Assembly: GCA_043826455.1 (NCBI GenBank)
Contig: JBDRQD010000056.1
Span: 1 to 39,348, forward strand
DNA length: 39,348 nucleotides
From: Candidatus Bathyarchaeota archaeon
Lineage (GTDB): Archaea; Thermoproteota; Bathyarchaeia; TCS64
Direction: 5' to 3'
Both the position numbers and the translations under genes were made by a program. The notes beneath the pieces were generated by a model, which searched no databases, was not told where the DNA came from, and worked only from the letters and a program-made list of their open reading frames with translations. This document shows, in pieces, positions 34,400-39,348 of the stretch. The number at the start of each line of letters is the position of its first letter. Positions within the stretch are counted from its first letter, which is position 1.

Positions 34400-35820
34400 G
34401 CACAGACCAGCCCTGGACCTACAGGTATAGGCCCAAGTCCAAGGCGGAAATCATAGGCAACAGCGAGGCCTTGGACCAGCTGGAGAAGTGGCTAAGGAGC
34501 TGGGAGAAGGGCCCCCCGAAGAAGAGGGCGGCCTTCGTCCACGGCCCCCCCGGCATAGGCAAGACATGCGCCGTCCAGGCCCTGGCCAAGGAACACAACT
34601 TTGACCTCATGGAGGTGAACGCCAGCGACAGCCGAAGCAAGACCCAGATAGAGGAGTACATTGGGAAATCATCTGGGCTGACGATGAACATCTTCGGCCA
34701 GCGCCGGATGATACTTCTGGACGAGATGGAGGGAGTAAGTGGCCAGAAGGACCGGGGAGGGATAGCGGCCATCTCAGACCTACTGAAGATTACCGTGAAC
34801 CCCATCGTCATGGTGGCGACCACCATAGGGGAGAACATGCAGGACAAGTTCCGGCCCTTAGTAGACAAGGCTGTCCTAGTGGAGTTCCAACCCGTTCCCT
34901 TCAGCGACGTGTACGAGACACTGGAAACCATCGCCAAGGAGCAGGGTGTAACCGTTCACCCGGATGCGCTGGAGACCCTGGCCATGAAGAGCGGAGGAGA
35001 CCTGCGGTCAGCCATCACCGACCTGGAGACGGTGGCGCGGGGCAGAACACGGGTGGAGCCCGAGGACATCTCCTGGATGAAGGACAGGGACAGGCAGGAC
35101 ACCACCCCAAACCTGATAAACAAGATATTCTGCGCCAGCAGCCTCCTGGAGGCCAGGCAGACCATAAGCCAGAGCATGATCCCCTACGAGGACCTCTTCG
35201 ACTGGGTCTACGAGAATCTGCCCCTCATAATAGATGACCCGGAGGAGAAGCTGGAGGCCCTGGAGGTGCTGGCCAAGGCCGACGTATACCAGAACAGGGC
35301 GAGGAGCGCCGACTACAGGCTGCTGAAGTACATGTTTAACCTGATGACGGGGGGCGTCGCCTTCGCCAAGAAACGAAGCAAGGGCCTGGGCCTCATGAAG
35401 CAGGTGCAGCAGGCCGTGCTGCGGGCTGGGCTGCCCCTGAGTAGCTTCCAGACCAGCGAGGCAAAGGAAGGAATCATCGTGAACCCCACGAGGTGGCTCG
35501 GCAGAGACAAGTGGGGTGACCTCAACTCCCATATGAGGGGCATCGGCGGTAAGTGGGTGTACGGCCAGAACGTGTGGGTGGTGCCCTACCTGAGGGAGCC
35601 TCAGGCCAAGTGGAGGTACATCATGACCTACCACGACCGCAGGAAGATGAGGGCGGTGGCCGAGAAGCTGGCCCAGAGAACCCACACGTCCACCCAGGAG
35701 GCTGTTACCGAGACCTTGCCACTTCTAAGGATCATCTACAAGGCCAGCCAGGAGAGCGCCGACGTGATCGATGGGTGGCTTGAACTGGAGGACAAGGAGC
35801 GAGAGTACCTGTCCTCCTAG
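34396..35820 (+). CDS. rfcL: Replication factor C large subunit, with C-terminal insertion
   Basis: PW..RYRP, GPPGIGKT, EVNASD.R, LDE, GDLRSA, W.YEN.P; GTGA-coupled to rfcS. Confidence 0.93.
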   Translation: MSTDQPWTYRYRPKSKAEIIGNSEALDQLEKWLRSWEKGPPKKRAAFVHGPPGIGKTCAVQALAKEHNFDLMEVNASDSRSKTQIEEYIGKSSGLTMNIFGQRRMILLDEMEGVSGQKDRGGIAAISDLLKITVNPIVMVATTIGENMQDKFRPLVDKAVLVEFQPVPFSDVYETLETIAKEQGVTVHPDALETLAMKSGGDLRSAITDLETVARGRTRVEPEDISWMKDRDRQDTTPNLINKIFCASSLLEARQTISQSMIPYEDLFDWVYENLPLIIDDPEEKLEALEVLAKADVYQNRARSADYRLLKYMFNLMTGGVAFAKKRSKGLGLMKQVQQAVLRAGLPLSSFQTSEAKEGIIVNPTRWLGRDKWGDLNSHMRGIGGKWVYGQNVWVVPYLREPQAKWRYIMTYHDRRKMRAVAEKLAQRTHTSTQEAVTETLPLLRIIYKASQESADVIDGWLELEDKEREYLSS

Positions 35821-35869
35821 AGTCAAAGTATTAAGCATCCCCAAGCTATCATTATCCCAGGTGTATTAC

Positions 35870-36922
35870 ATGAAGTTCAGCGCGCTACCCAGAGCCAGGC
35901 TGGCGTCCCTGCCGACGCCCCTGCAGTACCTGCCCAACCTCACCAAGAGGCTCGGCGGACCCAGGATATGGGTGAAGAGAGACGACCTCACAGGCCTCGC
36001 CTTCGGAGGCAACAAGGCCAGGAAGCTGGAGTACCTCATGGGCGACGCCTTGGAGAAGAAGGCCGACTACATAGTCACCCACGCAGGGTTCCACAGCAAC
36101 TGGTGCACCCAAACGGCAGCCGCGGCCGTGAAGCTGAGCATAAAGATCAGGCTCATCAAGACGGGGCCGAGCAAGGGTTACGACGGCGAGTCCTGGGACG
36201 GTAACCATCTTCTCCACAGGCTAATGGGGGCAGATATACAGGTGGTCAAGCCGGAGGACACGAAGTCCACCATAGACGTATCCATGAAGGAGCTCAAGGA
36301 CAAGGGCTATAACCCCTACTACATGCCGGTGGGAGGCTCCATAGCCCTCGGGGCGGCGGGGTACATCAACGCCATGCTGGAGCTAACATACCAGCAGGCC
36401 GACCAGGGGGTCCAGTTCAGCCACCTAGTACACGCCACCGGCAGCGGGGGCACCCAAGCTGGCCTGGTCGCGGGGGCAAAGGCCTTCAACGCGGGCATCA
36501 AGGTCATCGGGGCCATGACGAGCCCGAGCGAAAAAGAGGCACAGGCCAAGAAGGTCAAGGAGATAACGCTGGACTCCAAGAAACAGTTTGAACTAGACTT
36601 CTCGCTCGGAGACGACGATGTAGTTGTCTACAACGAGTATGCGGGCGGCGGGTACGGCTTCATGTCGGAGGGCAAAGCCGAGGCCGTGAAGATGCTGGCG
36701 GAGACAGAGGGAATGATGATCGACCCGGTCTACACGGCCGTGGCCGCAGCGTGCCTCATCGACCAGGTCAGGAAGAAGAAGCTTACCAAGAAGGACAACG
36801 TGGTATTCCTCCACACAGGCGGAGCCGTAGCCCTGTTCCCCTACAGGGAGCCCCTGAAGGCGTACATCAAAGGGGAGGGCCTCCCTTGGACAATACCCAA
36901 GTGGAGCCCCCAGAGCCAGTGA
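35870..36922 (+). CDS. D-cysteine desulfhydrase / ACC deaminase family PLP enzyme
   Basis: PTPL, KRDDLTG..GGNK.RKLEY, GSGGT.AG, DPVYT, F.HTGG. Confidence 0.92.
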   Translation: MKFSALPRARLASLPTPLQYLPNLTKRLGGPRIWVKRDDLTGLAFGGNKARKLEYLMGDALEKKADYIVTHAGFHSNWCTQTAAAAVKLSIKIRLIKTGPSKGYDGESWDGNHLLHRLMGADIQVVKPEDTKSTIDVSMKELKDKGYNPYYMPVGGSIALGAAGYINAMLELTYQQADQGVQFSHLVHATGSGGTQAGLVAGAKAFNAGIKVIGAMTSPSEKEAQAKKVKEITLDSKKQFELDFSLGDDDVVVYNEYAGGGYGFMSEGKAEAVKMLAETEGMMIDPVYTAVAAACLIDQVRKKKLTKKDNVVFLHTGGAVALFPYREPLKAYIKGEGLPWTIPKWSPQSQ

Positions 36923-36934
36923 CCGGAACATCAT

Positions 36935-37990
36935 ATGACGGACTTCCCGCAGATAGACCTCACCCTCCCCTACATCACCAGCGACCTCTCGGGCGTGGGC
37001 GGGGTCATCAAAGCCAAGCCCGAGTACTTCGTCGTGGACGAGATACCTCTCTACGAGCCCAGTGGCTCTGGTGAGCACCTCTACGTAAACGTTACCAAGA
37101 CCAACATGACCACCAGGGACGTTCAGGTTGGTTTAGCGGAGCTCTTCGAGCTGAAACCTGAGAACGTTGGGAAGGCCGGCCTTAAGGACAAGAACGCCGT
37201 GACCTCTCAGATCTTTAGCGTCCACCTCCAGAATAGGCCCATGACCACAGGCGAGGCCACGTGGTTGATAGAGGACCAGATGAAGGTAAAGGTGAACTGG
37301 GCAAACTATCATGTAAACAAGCTGAGGTCAGGGCACCTCAAAGGAAACAGGTTCACCATAGTCATCACGGGGCTCGAGGAGCCCATGAGCCGGGTTCTGG
37401 AGAAGATGACTAGGATCGCCTCGCGGCTCAACCAGGCGGGTTTACCCAACTACTACGGGGAGCAGAGGACCAGTGAGGATGGAGACAACATCAGGTCCGG
37501 GTGGGAGATACTTCAGGGGCGGAAGAGGATACGCGACCGGTGGCTCAACAGGTTCCTGCTGTCCAGCTACCAGAGCTACCTGTGCAACAGGTACCTGGCT
37601 GAGAGGGTGAGGCGAGGGCTGTTCGGCAGGCTGCTCCTCGGAGACGTAGCTAAGAAGCATGACACTGGGGGCCTCTTCACGGTGAGCGACCTGGAGGCAG
37701 AGCAGCATAGGTACGAGGCAAAGGAGATCAGCTTCACGGCCCCCATGTACGGGTACAAGATGTGGAAGCCGCAGAACGAGGCAGTCGAACTAGAGAACAT
37801 GATCCTGGAGGAGTCCGGCCTAACAGAAGAGCAGCTCAGACGGAGCAGGGTGAAGGGGACAAGGAGGTTGGGCAGGCTGCTGCCTGAGGTGTCCCATGGG
37901 GAGGTCTCTGAGGGCGTTAGACTGGTTTTCACGTTGCCCATGGGGGGCTACGCGACGATCCTGCTGAGGGAGTTCATGAAAACAGGGTAG
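36935..37990 (+). CDS. truD: tRNA pseudouridine(13) synthase
   Basis: F.VDEIP, GEH, AGLKDK.AVT.Q, GN.F.I, PNYYGEQR, F.LP.G.YAT.LLRE. Confidence 0.95.
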   Translation: MTDFPQIDLTLPYITSDLSGVGGVIKAKPEYFVVDEIPLYEPSGSGEHLYVNVTKTNMTTRDVQVGLAELFELKPENVGKAGLKDKNAVTSQIFSVHLQNRPMTTGEATWLIEDQMKVKVNWANYHVNKLRSGHLKGNRFTIVITGLEEPMSRVLEKMTRIASRLNQAGLPNYYGEQRTSEDGDNIRSGWEILQGRKRIRDRWLNRFLLSSYQSYLCNRYLAERVRRGLFGRLLLGDVAKKHDTGGLFTVSDLEAEQHRYEAKEISFTAPMYGYKMWKPQNEAVELENMILEESGLTEEQLRRSRVKGTRRLGRLLPEVSHGEVSEGVRLVFTLPMGGYATILLREFMKTG

Positions 37991-38154
37991 ACAGCGGCGT
38001 CAATGATGGAGCAATATCGATGAGCCGTGTTATATAACCACGTTATGCATCTCATTACCTGATTGATAATAAAATACAATGTTATTTGTCTCACTCTCTA
38101 CCTTCTTTAAAAACACCTAGCGCGGGGATACTTTAACTTGGATGGTGGGATCAA

Positions 38155-38676
38155 ATGAGTCAATATGATAAGGTTGAGGTCATGGACTTCCTGATCAACG
38201 TGTTGAAGGATCACGAGAAATCATTGGACACTTTGATCTCCCGCGCCGAGGACGTCATAGCCGAGAACCAGAGCCGCCTCGAATCAAAGCAGCCCGGCTC
38301 ACCCGAGTCCCCACCCCACAAGATCGTCCTGAAGGACTGGCCAGAGTTCAGGAAGAGGCTGAACGACGTGGATCTAGTGTGTTTCGACCTGGTCAACTCC
38401 GTTTTCGTGGTCTCTGCAAGCGTGGGCTTGAAGATTTATGAGTACCGGGAGGCCGTCCCAGCTGACGCAGCAGTTAAACATCTGGGCAAAGGACTCTCAC
38501 CCACCTACCGGTTATCCATCGGCCTAGATCTTTTCTCAAAAAACGTCTGCGAGGACGAGGTAGAAGGAGGCTTAGCCCGCTTATTCGAGATAGAGCCTCA
38601 GTACACCCGGGGTTGGTTGTCCAAGGAGCTAAGCATACACCAGGACTACATCGTGTGTGGAGACATAGAGATCTAG
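38155..38676 (+). CDS. Hypothetical protein with N-terminal coiled coil
   Basis: DFLINVLKDHEK.LD.LI heptad pattern; TTTAA box about 24 nt upstream. Confidence 0.75.
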   Translation: MSQYDKVEVMDFLINVLKDHEKSLDTLISRAEDVIAENQSRLESKQPGSPESPPHKIVLKDWPEFRKRLNDVDLVCFDLVNSVFVVSASVGLKIYEYREAVPADAAVKHLGKGLSPTYRLSIGLDLFSKNVCEDEVEGGLARLFEIEPQYTRGWLSKELSIHQDYIVCGDIEI

Positions 38677-38973
38677 TTATTTCTCGTGTTCTTCCGGTCC
38701 CTGGATCTCGACCAGGCTCTTGGCTTTACTGTAGTAGCGCACCACGTTCTCTCCCTTCATGGTGAGATCGAACTGGACCTTGGTTCTCTTGTCCTTGATG
38801 TCCTCCTCGATCTCCGCTATGAGGCCTTGACTGACCAGACTCCTGAGTATCTCCTGGAGGGGACGCCACGACAGGTTTGCTGCGTACATGATCTGAGTAG
38901 GCTTACTGGCACCGTTCTTGATCTCCGATAACACATCTACGTAGATCTCGAAACGGGATCTCCTACTGCTCAT
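38677..38973 (-). CDS. Winged-helix regulator (HTH_45/DUF4364-like)
   Basis: RRSRFEIY.D.L...KPT.IMYAANLSW...LT.KG. Confidence 0.9.
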   Translation of the reverse strand: MSSRRSRFEIYVDVLSEIKNGASKPTQIMYAANLSWRPLQEILRSLVSQGLIAEIEEDIKDKRTKVQFDLTMKGENVVRYYSKAKSLVEIQGPEEHEK

Positions 38974-39171
38974 TAACCCCCCTCAGATAGTGGATATGAT
39001 TAATTGTAAATGATATTTAACGATTTTTGTATAGATAATTCTTTCACATCAAGTTGGTACAAGTTGCGAGATACGAATCATACCGTGGATGTGTGGGACT
39101 CAGTTACATACATCTTGTTAAAAGAAATGAGGCGATGAAATTGTTGTACTTCAAAAGGATAGGAGTGACAC

Positions 39172-39348
39172 ATGACCAGTATAAGTATCCTCAGAAAACG
39201 GCATGGTATGACTGGGCTGGAGACAGCCATTATCCTTGTGGCTTTCGTCATTACGGCGGCTGCCTTCGCCTTCGTCGTGCTGAACATGGGTTTCCTGACA
39301 GCGGAGAAAGCGCAGTCGGTGATCAGCGCAGGCATGACTGAGGCCAGC
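39172..39348 (+). CDS. flaB: Archaellin (3'-truncated by the window)
   Basis: MTSISILRKRHG|MTGLETAIILVAFVITAAAFAFVVLNMGFLTAEKAQSVISAG: class III signal peptide and archaellin N-terminal helix; AGGAG RBS; missing from the ORF track. Confidence 0.9.
   Translation, partial: MTSISILRKRHGMTGLETAIILVAFVITAAAFAFVVLNMGFLTAEKAQSVISAGMTEAS

Noticed and set aside
33422..35820. Inteins in RFC subunits
   Set aside because: rfcS has normal length; the rfcL insert lacks intein terminal (C/S...HN) motifs
7837..37941. Many long antisense ORFs in the track (e.g. 7837-8481, 13049-13966, 29885-30544, 35008-35685)
   Set aside because: Shadow frames of well-supported genes, expected from GC-rich codon bias
1..39348. 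CRISPR array, rRNA genes or IS transposase
   Set aside because: No regularly spaced repeats, rRNA-like sequence or transposase motifs seen

Overview
Archaeal chromosomal window, GC-rich, with TATA/BRE promoters, RFC-S/L, Trm1, Lhr and an archaellin; the gene content suggests Bathyarchaeia or a related TACK lineage (inference). Bases 1-~4460 are the right end of a provirus or integrative element inserted at the 3' end of tRNA-Ala(UGC). It carries an intact tyrosine integrase, a coupled train of small Zn-finger and membrane ORFs, and two divergent paralogous ribbon-helix-helix regulators, plus a duplicated bipartite promoter motif. The rest is host DNA: peptide/amino-acid catabolism, RNA modification, replication/repair and the start of an archaellin gene. 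Two loci stand out. (1) A translationally coupled four-gene operon encodes HydC/HydB-type electron-bifurcating subunits, a HydA-like Fe-S subunit with no catalytic domain and no His-ligated cluster, and an intact HdrB, without HdrA or HdrC. (2) A Cys-rich HTH regulator is co-transcribed with two GWCP-motif membrane proteins behind a palindrome that brackets its TATA box. All calls come from reading motifs by eye; no database searches were run.
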